DNA of 63,859 nt, counting the filler, from Chiloscyllium plagiosum (lineage: Eukaryota), in the NCBI RefSeq assembly GCF_004010195.1. It is 5 parts of one record of this genome, joined end to end, with 100 filler letters (N's around TTAATTAATTAA, not from the genome) between each part and the next. Parts side by side here need not be neighbours in the genome. Positions count along the whole stretch, not along the records: positions 1 to 10,300 come from NC_057717.1; positions 10,401 to 33,742 come from NC_057717.1; 3 more parts are not named here. One strand, 5' to 3'. Shown here in pieces: positions 1 to 12,837 of the stretch. The translations under genes and the position numbers were made by a program. The notes under the pieces are model-generated. The model ran no database searches. It was not told the origin of the DNA and saw nothing but the letters and a program-made list of their open reading frames with translations. The stretch's first letter is position 1. The number at the start of each line of letters is the position of its first letter.

Positions 1-103
1 TCCAGATGCCTTTTAAATGTTGTAATTGTACCAGCCTCCACCACTTCCTCTGGCAGCTCATTCCATACACGCACCACCCTCTGCATGAAAAAGTTGCTCC
101 TTT
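1..103 (-). mobile_element. CR1 LINE 3' fragment
   Basis: Matches the 3' region of the CR1 copy at ~1370-1470 (gtaccagcctccaccacttcctctggcagctca). Confidence 0.7.
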
Positions 104-105
104 GC

Positions 106-869
106 AGATGGGGTACTGGGCTAATAGATGGGGTACTGGGCTAATGGTCGGATACTTGGTAGTGTGGATGAGCAGAGGGATCTTGGTGTCTATGTACACA
201 GATCTCTGAAAGTTGCCACCCAGGTAAATAGTGCGGTGAGGGAGGCATATGGCGTACTGGCTTTTATTGGTAGAGGAATTGAGTTCCGGAGCGCTGCGGT
301 CATGTTGCAGTTGTATAAGACTCTGGTGCGGCCGCATCTGGAATATTGTGTGCAGTTTTGGTCGCCATACTATAGGAAGGATGTGGAGGCACTGGAACGG
401 GTGCAGAGGAGGTTTACCAGGATGTTGCCTGGTATGGAAGGAAGATCGTATGAGGAAAGACTGAGACACTTGGGGCTGTTTTCATTAGAGAAAAGAAGGT
501 TTAGGGGTGACTTGATTGAGGTGTACAAGATGATTAGGGGGTTAGATAGGGTTGACAGTGTGAACCTTTTCCCGCGTATGGAGTCGGGTATTACAAGGGT
601 GCATAGCTTTAAATTAAGGGGGGGTAGATATAGGACTGATGTTAGGGGTAGGTTCTTCACTCAGCGAGTCGTAAGTTCATGGAATGCCCTGCCAGTAGCA
701 GTGGTGGACTCTCCCTCTTTATGGGCATTTAAGCAGGCATTGGATAGGTATATGGAGGATAGTGGGTTAGTATAGGTTAGGTGGGATTGGATCAGCGCAA
801 CATCGAGGACCAAAAGGCCTGTACTGCGCTGGAATCTTCTATGTTCTATGTTCTATGTTCTATGTTCTA
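106..869 (+). mobile_element. Young 5'-truncated CR1/HER1-like LINE (ORF2 C-terminus, 3'UTR, tail)
   Basis: Uninterrupted ORF 128-775 with QRDLGV, LYKTLVRPHLEYCVQFWSP, LERVQRRFTR, RGDLIEVYK and FFTQRVV; (TTCTATG)4 tail at 837-869; 20-bp tandem duplication at 106-145. Confidence 0.95.
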
Positions 870-955
870 ACCCATCCAGACCCATTTCCCCACATTTACC
901 CCTGACTAATGCACCTCACCTACACATCCCTGAATACCATGGGCAATTTTAACAG
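870..955 (-). mobile_element. HE1-type SINE 3' fragment
   Basis: Similar to the SINE segments at ~7075-7130 and ~57775-57860. Confidence 0.55.
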
Positions 956-1215
956 GGCTTGGATTGGATGGTTAATATACAGACTAACAGATACCCAGGA
1001 GTGTGAATCATACTGGAATCTAATCAAACGATTGAAGTGACTAATGTAAAGAGTCCCTTAAAATTGGAAGTCAGTTACAGATTGGAATTTTATCAAGGCG
1101 ATTCGGGACGCTTATGTGTACAATAACAGATACCCAGGAGTGAGTTACAGACTGGAATCTAATCGAGGGTTTCAGGGTGGTTTATATGCAGAATAATAGG
1201 TAGCCCGGAATGAGT
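955..1215. repeat. 70-bp satellite, left part (~3.5 units)
   Basis: AATAACAGAT-type anchor at 1122 and 1192; same unit as 3233-3882. Confidence 0.8.
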
Positions 1216-3233
1216 TATAGAGACATAGAATCATCGAGATGTACAACATGGAAACAGACCCTTCGGTCCAACCTGTCCATGCCGACCAGATATCCCAACC
1301 CAATATAGTTCCACCTGCCAACACCCAGCCCATATCCCTCCAAACCCTTCCTATTCATATACTCATCCAAATTCCTCTTAAATGTTACAATTGTACCAGC
1401 CTCCACCACTTCCTCTGGCAGCTCACTCCATACACGTACCACCTTCTGCGTGAAAACGTTGCCCCTTAGGTCTCTTTCATATCTTTCCCCTCTCAAACTA
1501 AACCTATGCCCTCTAGTTCTGGACTCCCTTACCCCAGGGTAAACCTCGATAAGTTCACCCCTCAGCCTCCTACACTCCAGGGAAAACAGCCCCAGACTGT
1601 TCAGCCTCTCCCTGTAGCTCAAATCCTCCAACCCGGGCAACATCCTTGTAAATCTTTTCTTAACCCTTTCAAGTTTCACAACACCTTTCCGATAGAAAGG
1701 AGACCAGAATTGCACGCAATATTCCAACAGTGGCCTAACCAATGTCCTGTATAGCCGCAACATGACCTCCTAACTCCTGTACTCGGTACGCTGACCAATA
1801 AAAGAAAGCATACAAAACGCCTTCTTCACTATCCTACCTACCTGCGACTCCCCTTTCAAGGAGCTTGAACCTGTACCCCAAGGTCTCTTTGTTCAGCAAC
1901 ACACCCTAGGAACTTACCATTAAATGTAGAAGTCCTGCTAAGATTTGCTTTCCCAAAATGTAACATCTCGCATTTATCTGAATTAAACTCCATCTGCCAC
2001 TTCTCAGCCCAATGGCCCATTTGGTCCAGATCCTGTTGTAATCTGAGGAAACAAACTTCGCTGTCCACTACACCTGCAATTTTGGTGTCATCTGCAAACT
2101 TACTAACTGTACCTCTTATGCTCGCATCCAAATTATTTATATAAATGACAAAAAGTAGAGGGCCCAGTACCGATCCTTGTGGCATTCCACTGGTCACAGG
2201 CCTCCAGTCTGAAAAACAACCCCCCACCACCACCCTCTGTCTTCTACCTTTGAGCCAGTTCTGCATCTAAATGGCTGCTTCTCCCTGTATTCCATGAGAT
2301 CTAACCTTGCGAATCAGTCTCCCGTGGGGAACCTTGTCGAACGCCTTACTGAAGTTCATATGGATCACATCTACTGCTCTGCCCTCATCAATCTTCTTTG
2401 TTACTTCTTCAAAAATCTCAATCAATTTTGTGAGATATGATTTCCCACGCACAAAGCCATGTTGACTATCCCGAATCAGTCCTTGCCTTTCCAAATTCAT
2501 GGACATCCTGTCCCTCAGGATTCCCTCGAACAACTTGACCACCGCCGAGGTCAGGCTCACCGGTCTATCGTTCCCTGGCTAGTCTTTACCGCTCTTCTTA
2601 AACATTGGCACCACTTTTGCCAACCTCCAGTTTTCCAGCATCTCACCTGTGACTATCGATGATACAAATATCTCAGCAAGAGGCCCAGCAATCACTTCTC
2701 TAGCTTCCCACAGAGTTCTCAGGGTACACCTGATCAGGTCCTGGGGATTTATCCACCTTTAACCATTTCAAGATATCCAGCACTTCCTCCTCTGTATATC
2801 TGCAACATTTTGCAAGATGCCACCATCGATTTCCCTGCAGTCTATATCTTCCATATCCTTTTCCACAGTAAATACTGATGCAAAATATTCATTTAATATC
2901 TCTCCCATTTTCTGTGGCTCCACACAAAGGCCGCCTTGCTGAATATTGAGGGGCCCTATTCTCTCCCTAGTTACTCTTTGTCCTTAATATATTTGTAAAA
3001 GCATTTGGATTCTCCTTAATTCTATTTGCCAAAGCTATCTCATGTCCGCGTTTTGTCTTCCTGATTTCCCTCTTAAGTATACTCCAACTTCCTTTATACT
3101 CTTCTCAGGATTCACTTGATCTATCCTATACCTGACATATGCTTCCTTCTTTTTTCTGAACGAAACTCTCAATTTCTTTAGTCAGCCAGCATTCCCTATA
3201 ACTACTACCCTTCCCTTTCAACCCTGACAGGAA
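1212..3233 (-). mobile_element. CR1/HER1-like LINE, 5'-truncated, disrupted ORF2 RT
   Basis: ORFs 2267-2560 ([20 protein letters not shown]), 1856-2266 ([20 protein letters not shown]) and 1215-1763; degenerate (GAGTCATA)n tail at ~1212-1240. Confidence 0.95.
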
Positions 3234-3882
3234 GTTACTGCCTGTAACTAATCGCGGGGTTCAGGGTGGTTTATATACAGAATAACAGATAGCCTGGAGC
3301 CCTTTACAGCCTGGAATCGAATCGAGGTGTTCAGGGTGGGTTATATGCAGAATAACAGATAGCCCGGCGTGAGTTACAGCCTGGAATCGAATCGAGGTGT
3401 TCAGGGTGGGTTATATACAGAATAACAGATAGCCCAAAGTGAGTTACAGGCTGAAATCTACTCGTGGGGTTCAGGGTGGTTTACATACAGAACAGCAGAC
3501 ACCCCGGAGTGAGTTACAGCTTGTTATCTAATCGAGAGGTTCAGGGTGGTTTATATACAGAATAACAGATATTCTGGGGTGTGTTACAGCCTGGAATCTA
3601 ATTGATGGGTTCAGGGTGGTTTATATGTAGAATAACAGATACCCCGCACTGAGTTACAGCCTGGAATGTAATCGAGGGGTTCAGGGTTGTTCATATACAG
3701 AATAACGGATAACCCGGAGTGAGTTACAGCCTGGAATCGAATCGAGGTGTTCAGGGTGGGTTATATGCAGAATAACAGATAACCCAGAGTGAGTTACGGC
3801 CTGGAATCTAATCAAGGGGTTCAAGGAGGTTAGTATACAGAATAACAGATAGCCCGGGGTGTGTTTCTGCCTGGAATCTATC
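3233..3882. repeat. 70-bp satellite, right part (~9 units)
   Basis: Anchor recurs at 3281, 3351, 3421, 3491, 3561, 3631, 3701, 3771 and 3841, an exact 70-bp period. Confidence 0.95.
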
Positions 3883-3889
3883 AATGTCT

Positions 3890-4530
3890 GTTCACTTTAA
3901 GATAGGATGGGTTTTGTGAATCGAAAGTACAGCCACAGATGCCAGCTGAAGGTCAGACTGTTCCAAATGTAACAATTAGCTGGGAAATGGAAACATGAGT
4001 TTTGGTTGCTGTTTTGACAGCAATCCAAATGCAATCAAAGACTTTAAATAATGCTCAGATTATCCGAAGCCAATGGAATTTGAATATTATTGTTCGTACA
4101 CCTGGAAATCAATCAAATTATGAGAATTATTGTATCATGGGAAGTAAATAAACCCAGCATTTTGAAAATAGAGGGAGAGCCGCTGCCATCCAACAGCAGA
4201 GTAACTACTGAAAGAGTGAACACAGTAGGGAAGATAGAGACTGGGTGGTTTTGAGATTGTTACGTTTAATATGTGGGTTGTTGGATCAGCATATGTTTTA
4301 CAAAGTTGGAGTCAGATAGTAAGTAGATAAGAAATGAGGGGCTTGTATTTGCGAATAGTTTTTCTTTGGGGTTCAATATTAAAGTTAAGAAACTAACTTG
4401 ATAATTTTTGTTTAAATCATGGAATGTAGGAGATCTGTGTCACTCATATCTTAACAGATTACGATGTGAAGCGAGCTTTTCTGGGTGTTTGGTTTCAATT
4501 AACAAAGGAGTTCGACTCCGCCTTGTAAAT
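3890..4530 (+). mobile_element. Probable degraded solo LTR
   Basis: Its 3' end resembles that of the TG...CA element at 32881-33581; non-coding. Confidence 0.4.
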
Positions 4531-5590
4531 GTCCATTCACACTAACCCCATTTCCCTGCAGTTGGCCCATATCCTTCTAGTCCTTTCCTATCCACATATT
4601 TATTCAAATGCTTTTGAAATGTTGTTAATACACCCCCGTCAGCAACATCTTCTGGCAGCTCATCCACGTATCAGCCATTTATGTAAATAAGTGGTCCCTC
4701 AGGTTCCCTTTTATTCCTTCCCCTTTAACCTTAAACTGATCCCCTCTCGTCCTCGATTCTCTAAACTTTGGAAAAAATGAGAGCATTCACCCTATCNNNN
4801 NTAAATTTCTTCTGCACTCTTTCTAATTTAATAACATCCTCCCTATAACAAGGTGTCAAAACTGAACACAATACTCCAAGTGCGGCCGTACCAAAGTCCT
4901 GAGTAACTGAAACATAAATTCTCAACTTTTATACTCAATGTCCTGCCTGATGAAGGCCAGTGTGCCAAAAGCCTTCTTCACTGCCCTGCCTTCCTGTGAC
5001 TCCACTCTCAGGGAACCGTACACCTGAATTCCAAGGTCTCTCTGCCCACTACACCCCTTAAGGCCCGCCCATTCACCGTGAAACTCCTACCTTGATTTGA
5101 GATTCCAAAATGCAAGACCTCACACATCTATATTAAATTCCATTTGCCATTTCTCAGCCCATTAGCCCACCTGATTAAGGTCCTGCTGCAATTTCTGATA
5201 AACTTCCTCACTGATCATGCTCCCACTTATTTTAGTGTCATCTGCAAACTTCCTAATCATGCCTTGTACATTCTCCACCAAATCAGAGATAACAAAAAGC
5301 TATAGACCCAACCTCCAGTCTGACAAGCTTCCTTCCACTAAACCCTCTGCTTCCTATCAACAAGCCAACTGTGTATCCAATTGGCCAGTTCCCCCAGTAT
5401 TCTACATGATGGAACCTTTCAGAGCAGCCCGCCATGTGGAACCTTATCAAAGGCCTGACTGAAATCCATAGAGACTACGTTTACCGCTCTGCCCTCATCA
5501 ACATTCTTGGTCACTTCACCAAAGGACTCTAAGAAATTTGGCAAGCATGATCTCCCAATCACAATGTTATGCTGCCCGATCTGAATCAAA
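4531..5590 (-). mobile_element. Older CR1 LINE fragment
   Basis: Reverse-strand KFADDTK and KAFDKV motif DNA (gtgtcatctgcaaactt, accttatcaaaggcct) plus 3' tail region. Confidence 0.85.
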
Positions 5591-5599
5591 CCCTGTGTA

Positions 5600-6050
5600 A
5601 GTAATGGTTGCAGTCAATGGTATGCTGTGCTTCATTGTAAGATGATTCGAGTACACAAGTAAAGCCATCTTCCTGCTGTTGCAGAGCCTTGCTGAGAGAG
5701 CATTTGGGGCACTCTCTACAGATTTGATCTCCTTTGTAAGGAATTATCTCCTTACCACAGACACAGGTGATGGTCACGTGAGGATAGAGTGAATAAGCTG
5801 AGTGTTTAATCTGTAGAGCTGTGAGAGACGAACAAATTGTATTGCTGAAACATGAGGAGTGGCAGCGATCACTTATTTCCAAAAGAGACATTGACAGGGA
5901 GAGAAATTCCATACTTTATCCAGGATTGATTCGTTTGATTTATTATCACGTGTATCTCAGTACATGGAAACACTTTCTTTATGATCTGTGGAGGAAGATC
6001 ATAGTAAACATGGCCAGACAGATCATAGGGTGGAAATAGACTTGGACAGA
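5600..6050 (+). mobile_element. Highly degraded CR1 3' fragment
   Basis: Degenerate similarity to the CR1 ORF2 C-terminus. Confidence 0.5.
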
Positions 6051-6523
6051 GTAAGGCATACAGGAAAACACTGAACAGGACATGCACTAGACAAGGTTAA
6101 CATGAACACCGTCAGCATTATTTGAAATTAGAGCATCCATTCATCAGTCTAACATGACTTTCCTAATAGTTTATATGTCTTAATTAACTCTCCCCATGTT
6201 ATTGTGCAGTCGGCGTGTGAACCATGTTCTGAACGTCAGGTTATTCAAAATCTCCAATAGCAGCCACAATACCTTCCATTTGAAACAGGTATTCATTCCC
6301 ACCAGCTTCCGACCTACATAGACAACACCAGGCTGTCTTCTCAGAGATGAAAGATGCCTTCTTGAGACTTCACACAGGACGTATAGCTTCCCTGCTCACC
6401 ACTAGAAAACCACGTTAAAGTCCCACAAGTGTATCATAAGCCACAGAGGCAAGAGGAACAACGTGGAGCAGTCTGTCTGTGCAGCTTCTGCTCCACGTGT
6501 TCATCATGTTAGAGCATCATTTA

Positions 6524-6652
6524 GGAGACACTTAAGACTGCCGATGCTGGAGATCAGAGTAGAGAATGGATTGCTGGAAAAGCACAGCAGGTCAAGCAGC
6601 ATCTGAGGAGCAGGAGAATCGATGTTTTGGGCATAAGACATTCATCAGGAAT
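6524..6652 (-). mobile_element. Penelope-like terminal fragment, family 1
   Basis: Reverse complement of the terminus seen at ~30195-30320 and ~54460-54575; flanked by AGCATCA(T/A)TTA duplication; degenerate hammerhead core. Confidence 0.75.
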
Positions 6653-6831
6653 CAGCATCAATTACCTCATTCTGTCCCCGTGTAAGTGCATTGAGGTGGG
6701 AATGGCCTCCTACTGTTCCTGCATAAGTGACTCAAGGGACTGACTGGCTTCTTCCTCGTCCCATTGGACAGGGCCAAGGGCCTGACTGGGTTACCCCTGG
6801 TTCTTGTTTGACAGCTCGATGTACTGATAAG

Positions 6832-7740
6832 CGTGATGGCGCTGCAGCTTTAAGAGGTTATTTTGTCCGGGTTTCTTTTATGAGAGAGATTGAACGATTG
6901 TTACCAAGCTGGCTAGTTCAGACCACTTGAGTAACAGCTAGCGAGGCGTTAGGTTAATTTTAATGCAGCCTGAATGGGTGTGACCAGCCCTCACAGATTA
7001 TGATCACTGATTACATTAGAGTGTGGAAACAGGCCCTTCAGCCCAACAAGTCCACACTAACCCACCGAAGCGCAACCCACCCATACCCCTACATTTACCC
7101 CTTAGCTTACACTACGCCAATTTAGCATGTCCAATTCACCTGACCTGCACATCTTTGGACTGTGGGAGGAAACCGGAGCACCCGGAGGAAACCCACGCAG
7201 ACACGGGGAGAATGTGCAAACTTCAGACAGTCAGTCACCTGAAGCAGGAATTCAACCCGGGTCTCAGGCGCTGTGAGGCAGCAGTGCTAACAGCAGAAAC
7301 TTTTGGGACTCCACAGAGTTGGAAGGTTCAGTGGATGTCTCCTGGTTACTACCCTCTCTGAATTTTCTCTTGATGCTGTTTTTAATTCCTGGTTTGGAGA
7401 AATATTTGTGACATTCTGTGTCTGAATATTTCTTTTTGCCAAGGGCTGTGTTTATGGGAATTCCATATATTGGAACAGTTCATTAGTAATAGTTCCGAGA
7501 TCTATTATTCTGTTAAGCTGTCCAATAGAATTACGTTATTCTAAATTCCTCTTTCTCTGGTGTTATTTCTTCTTTCGTGTTGAAATAGATGGTGTTTTGC
7601 TTCACATCGAGTAGTTTGACCAGTCTGTTCCACATTGCATCTGGAACAGACACTTTACATTTTCTTTAAAATAAGAATACATTAGCGATAAGGCTCCTGC
7701 CTTCAAATATTTTCGTGGGGCTCTGGTGTGGTCCATACAC
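6832..7740 (+). mobile_element. Gypsy solo LTR interrupted by a SINE
   Basis: 7500-7740 aligns with LTR 57420-57647 and the 5' ends are similar. Confidence 0.6.
7013..7292 (-). mobile_element. HE1/V-SINE-type tRNA-derived SINE
   Basis: Core (rc) cacattctccccgtgtctgcgtgggtttcctccgggtgctccggtttcctcccacagtccaaagatgtgcagg; tRNA-like head near 7250-7292. Confidence 0.9.
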
Positions 7741-7984
7741 TAGACTCCTTCTTATCCTGAGTAATAGGCTGGAGGCACTGAATGGGCTGTCCCTGTTCTT
7801 CTCCAATAGTGTCAATGGGCTGAACGACTTCCTCATATTCCTGTGAAACCAGCGTGAGGAGCTGAATGAACTCTTGTTTTACTGTGGCAATGTGCAGTGT
7901 CAGGCAGTGCTGTTACATGTATGTTACTGACACGTTAACAGCACATGCCTCAGTGGAGTCTGGGTCTTGCTGCACACGGACACA

Positions 7985-8270
7985 GACCAGTTCAGGAGCT
8001 GATGGGGGACAAAATGTTCTGAACATTGTGGAATCTTCAGTGACCATCCCCACTTCTGATCTTATGGTGGGGAGCGCGGGGGCTGGGAGACATTGATGAA
8101 GCAGCTGAAGATGTTTGTGAAGAGGAAGCTACCCTGAGGATCTCCCACAGAGGTGACCCAGGACTGAGATGATGAACATCTTCCTTTGTGCCATGTTTGA
8201 CTCCAAACACTGGAGAGATTACTCTGATTCCCATTAAGTCCAGTTTTTGTAAGCTCCTTGATGTCAACAG
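7985..8270 (-). mobile_element. LINE RT fragment, same family as 16090-18800
   Basis: Aligns to ~16875-17150. Confidence 0.65.
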
Positions 8271-9035
8271 AAGTTAACCACTGCCTTGATATCGGGGCCA
8301 GTCATTTTTGCCTGAACCCTTGAGCCAACCTCTTTTGTTCACATCAATTAGCCATGATATAAGAACAGCAAGTGTTTTCTTCAAACAGGTTGTATTGAAT
8401 GTCAGGATTTCTCTCCTCAAGAGTGTTCCAGGAGCTAGATGACTGAAAGTATTTGAAGAGGAGGTAGATGGAAATTGACCTGTCAGAGAGTTGAGGGCTA
8501 TGTAGAATGGATATGAAAGAGGATTTGAGACGACGAGCAGATCAGTCATGATCTTAAAGAAGGGCAGGCTTGGGGGGTGAACAACATGCCCCTGTTTCTG
8601 ATGTTCTCCCATTCTGTTATTGGAAAGTTAGCGTGTGTTATTTTCACGAATGTTATGTTATTGAATGTTGCTGCCAGGGAGACCAGAGGATTTTGTGAGC
8701 CATCCCTGAGTGAGGTATAGGGCTGTATTCACACTGAATCTGGGTCTACAACATGACCAACAAATGAAGCACAAGTTGCAGAGAGGGGAAGCTCTGTGAA
8801 GAGAGATGAGGGGCCTCTTTCGTACCCAGCCTGGGTTTTCCAATTACATTTTCCAATTCACTTCAAACCGTGTGGGACAGTACTGAGGGGCTGAATGGTC
8901 TCCTGTGTTTCTGTGCAACAGGTTATAGGAGTAAGTAGCCTCCAACTGCTCCTGACTAGCAGGTTTGATGGGCTGAATGGAACACAGGATCATGGGACTG
9001 AGGAGCAGGAAGGGGTCATTAGATACTTTGTGCCT

Positions 9036-10170
9036 TCTCCACCAGGCACTAAAATTGTAGCTGATCAGGTTGTGGTCTCAGCCCCACTGTCCTGTCTGCG
9101 TCCCATTGTGCATGACTCACTTCTTTGTCAAGTATTTAACTAACGCGGCTTTCAATCAATGTGAACATTGAGACACGATAACCATCCACTGAAGAGAATT
9201 CGACTTGAAAAGACCTTTCAGAATTATTCATCATCTCTCTGATTCTATCATGCAGAATGGAAACAGACGCATTAGTCCAATCTGTTCACTCCGATCAGAT
9301 ATCAAACCTGATCCAGTCCCATTTGCCAGCATTTGGCCAATATTCCTCCTCTTTCAGATACTTTTTAAACGTGCGATTGTAACCGTCATCACCACTTCCT
9401 CTTTGAGCCTTCTCCACCAGGCAGTAAGATTGAGGCCGATCAGATTGGGGTCTCAGTCCCACGTTCCTGTCTGTATCCTATTATCCGTGCCTCACTTATT
9501 TGTCAAATATTTAACTAATGCAGCTTTCAATCAATGTAAACATAGAGTCACGATAAACTTCCAGAAAAGAGAAGTACTACTTGAAAGGACCTTACAGAAT
9601 TTTTCATCATCCCTCTTATAGAATCAGAGAGTTATGCAGAACGAAAACAGACCCGTTAGTCCAATCTGTTCACTCCGATCAGATATCAAACCTGATCCAG
9701 TCCCATTTGCCAGCATTTGGCCAATATTCCTCCTTTTTCAGATACTTTTTAAACGTGCGATTGTAACCGCCATCACCACTTCCTCTTTGAGCCTTCTCCA
9801 CCAGGCAGTAAGATTGAGGCCGATCAGGTTGGGGTCTCAGTCCCACGTTCCTGTCTGTATCCTATTATCCGTGCCTCACTTATTTGTCAAATATTTAACT
9901 AATGCAGCTTTCAATCAATGTAAACATAGAGTCACGATAAACTTCCAGAGAAGAGAAGTACAACTTGAAAGGACCTTACAGAATTTTTCATCATCCCTCT
10001 TATAGAATCAGAGAGTTATGCAGAACGAAAACAGACCCGTTAGTCCAATCTGTTCACTCCGATCAGATATCAAATCTGATCCTAGCCCATTTGCCAGCAT
10101 TTGGTAATATCCCTCCTCTTTCAGATACTTTTTAAATGTGCGATTGTAACCGCCTTCACCACTTCCTCTG
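9036..10170. repeat. Tandem triplication with 384-bp period
   Basis: Anchor aaacagac..ttagtccaatctgttcactccgatcagatatc at 9261, 9645 and 10029. Confidence 0.9.
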
Positions 10171-10300
10171 ACAGCACTTTCCGTACATACACCACTCTCT
10201 GTGTGAAACATTTATCTTCAGGTCCCTTCTGAATCAATCCCCCTCGCCTCCAACCTATGCTCTCTTGTTCTGGACTCCCCTATCCTGGAGAGCAGAACGT

Positions 10301-10400
10301 NNNNNNNNNNNNNNNNNNNNNNNNNNNNNNNNNNNNNNNNNNNNTTAATTAATTAANNNNNNNNNNNNNNNNNNNNNNNNNNNNNNNNNNNNNNNNNNNN
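10301..10400. other. Artificial assembly spacer (44N-TTAATTAATTAA-44N)
   Basis: Exactly 100 nt; the central 12-mer has stops in all six frames; occurs four times in the window. Confidence 0.95.
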
Positions 10401-10429
10401 GTCCCACTCCTCCACTGCTCACAACAAAT

Positions 10430-11560
10430 GTTAAATATAACCAGGTTGGTGATATGGCCGATGATATCGGTCTCAGACTGGGTCAGGGTCAGTTTTAGGA
10501 ACAAGTCAGGCTAGTTTCTTTAATCTGCTAAAACAACACGTTTATGATCCAGAGCAATGTTACTCAAACTGTGATCGAAAGATGAATGGCAAACTGTTTA
10601 GGTATTGCGATTATATAATCAATATTTCCCTTTCTAAAAATACTTACACACACACACACAAAATCTCTGCAATTTTAACTTGAAAAAACTTGATCCAAAT
10701 ATTATTGGAACTCATGACAAAGGAAAATTTGTGAGGTTGTCCAAAACGTTATTCTGCTTCTGAAGATATTGTACTCACACAGCTGCTAGCAATGGGATTT
10801 CATCCTGGGAGAGTTTGGATTTGGCTGAATTCCCTTTGCTTTAGGCAGTGAGTAGATTCCAGTGAATTCTGGTTAGGGATCATACAAAGGGTAGCACAGT
10901 GGTTAGCACTGCTGCCTCACAGCACCAGGGACTTGGGGTCGATTCCAGCCTTGGGAATCTGGAGTTTGCACATTCTCCCCTTGTCTGTGTGAGCTCCTAA
11001 TGGGTGATCCAGTTTCCTACCACAAACTGTGTAGGTTCGGTGGATTGGTCATGCTAAATTGTCCGTAGTGTTCAGAGATTTCTAGGTTATGTGCAATAGT
11101 CAGGGGTAAATATAGGGAAACGGGTTGGGAAGGTTGGTATGGACTTGTTGGGTCGAAGGCCCTGTTTCAACACTGCAGGGATTCCATAAAAGTAAGAAAG
11201 GTAACGATGACTGTAGAGGTTTGTTTTAGCTCGCACACATTGCTGTGATGAGGAACAATGAAGGAGAGAGAGTGCAATAGGCCATTCCTTCTCAGGCAGA
11301 TTACATTTTCTCTCTCTCTGAGCTGAATCACACAGTAATGTCATCCTCTCCCAAACTGGACCATGTGAGGTCTCCTTGTACATTGTCCAAACTATGTCTC
11401 CATCACATTCCCTGTTCCATGCAGGTGCATCATTGCTGCTGTCATACACAGAGCCATACCTTTCACAGAAAATGGTCTCGGTCAATTTGAAGATATGTTT
11501 ATATGTCCCTGAGTCATTAAAAAATAAAAATGTTTAGTTTATTCAGAATACCTGTGTTAA
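10430..11560. repeat. Unclassified repeat or duplicated block (possibly LTR-like), paralogous to 33845-34260
   Basis: Shared blocks ggctgaattccctttgct, ctcaggcag..acatttt and gcaggtgcatcattgctg; this copy carries an extra SINE. Confidence 0.5.
10890..11190 (+). mobile_element. HE1/V-SINE-type SINE
   Basis: Head gcacagtggttagcactgctgcctcacagc with B-box-like ggtcgattcc; tail ggacttgttgggtcgaaggcctgtttc. Confidence 0.85.
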
Positions 11561-12837
11561 ACTGAATGCACTTTTTAAAGAAATACAGAAATTGCTGGAA
11601 AAGCTCGCCAGGTCTCTCAGAACCCAGATGATGTCGTTGTACCAGCCTCCACCACTTCCTCTGGCAGCTCATTCCATACACACACCACCCTCTGTGTGAA
11701 AAGGTGCCCTTTAGGCCTCATCAAAACCTTTCCCCTCTCACTTTCCACCAACGCACTCTAGTTTTGGACGCCCCTAACCTGGGGAGAAACCCCTGACTAC
11801 TCACCCTATCCATGACCATTCTGATTTTATAAACCTTGACTGCTGCAAAATGTGACCCCAATCAACACGAATGGCTGTACTTTCAGTCATCCTGGGCCTA
11901 AATTCTGAAATGCAATACTGACACCTCTTCCTTCTCCATCAAGCCACAATTCTAAATCCATTTTAATCTGTTTGTTCAGATGTATCCGGAGACACTTCTA
12001 TGGGTTTCACGCCTGGACCTTTGTGCCCAGAAGTAGGGACACTAGCATCACTCAGCAATACCCATAAAGCTGTAACAGTTTTCTCCTGTGTGTTTGTTCA
12101 TCAAACTGTCCTGACATGCTGGGTCATACCTCTGCAACAGGCAGGACTTAAATCCAGGCCTTCTAGTCCAGAGCTAAGAACACTACCACACAAGTTCAGG
12201 AATTGGAATCAAATCCAGAGCTCTGGCTCAGAGACAGGGACACTACCCACCACACTACCATACCCAGATTTTGAGTCATATTTTAGTGCCCACTTTCAGC
12301 TTGGCGTGGATTTATTATAATCAGGTTAACATTACTGAATTACAAACAACACTTTGTATTGTTAAACAAATGCAAGATATTTGTCTCAACTGTAGGATAT
12401 TGAGTGTACGTGCTACACTATCGAAATTAACTATAAACATCTTTAATTGCTATTATCTGTAGTCTGCAATATTAAGGAAAGAAATCCTGCAGACACACTC
12501 TGCCCAATGAAGGGTCTCGAATAGATATTTATTACTGAACACCAGAGACGAATCAAGAGCTTAATTTCTGACCCCAAAACACCGATCACTCTTACCCAAC
12601 TCTCACGTGCGACTCCCCTTTTCCTAAAACCATGAAATGACACCAGGCCGCTGCTTACTGTCCAGCCTCTCCTCCCCACTGACTGTGTCTGCAATCTGTC
12701 CCTCTTCCCCCTACCATACAAGGCAAACCAAGCTTAGGGTCTTTGTGAAAATCAAGGCCGGACTGTGTAGGCATCCTGGAGAGGGTTGGATGTTTTAAAA
12801 TTAAAGGGGGAGGGTGAGGTGACAGTAATATCACTCA

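Noticed and set aside
3233..3882. CRISPR-like periodic array
   Set aside because: The entire 70-bp unit repeats with no unique spacers and no cas genes; it is a vertebrate satellite.
10345..10356. TTAATTAATTAA as a biological motif
   Set aside because: Always centred in 44N flanks; a synthetic linker.
12596..12623. 28-nt minus-strand micro-exon
   Set aside because: Splice sites are not conserved in the paralog at ~46240-46280, and it is not frame-compatible with the other candidates.
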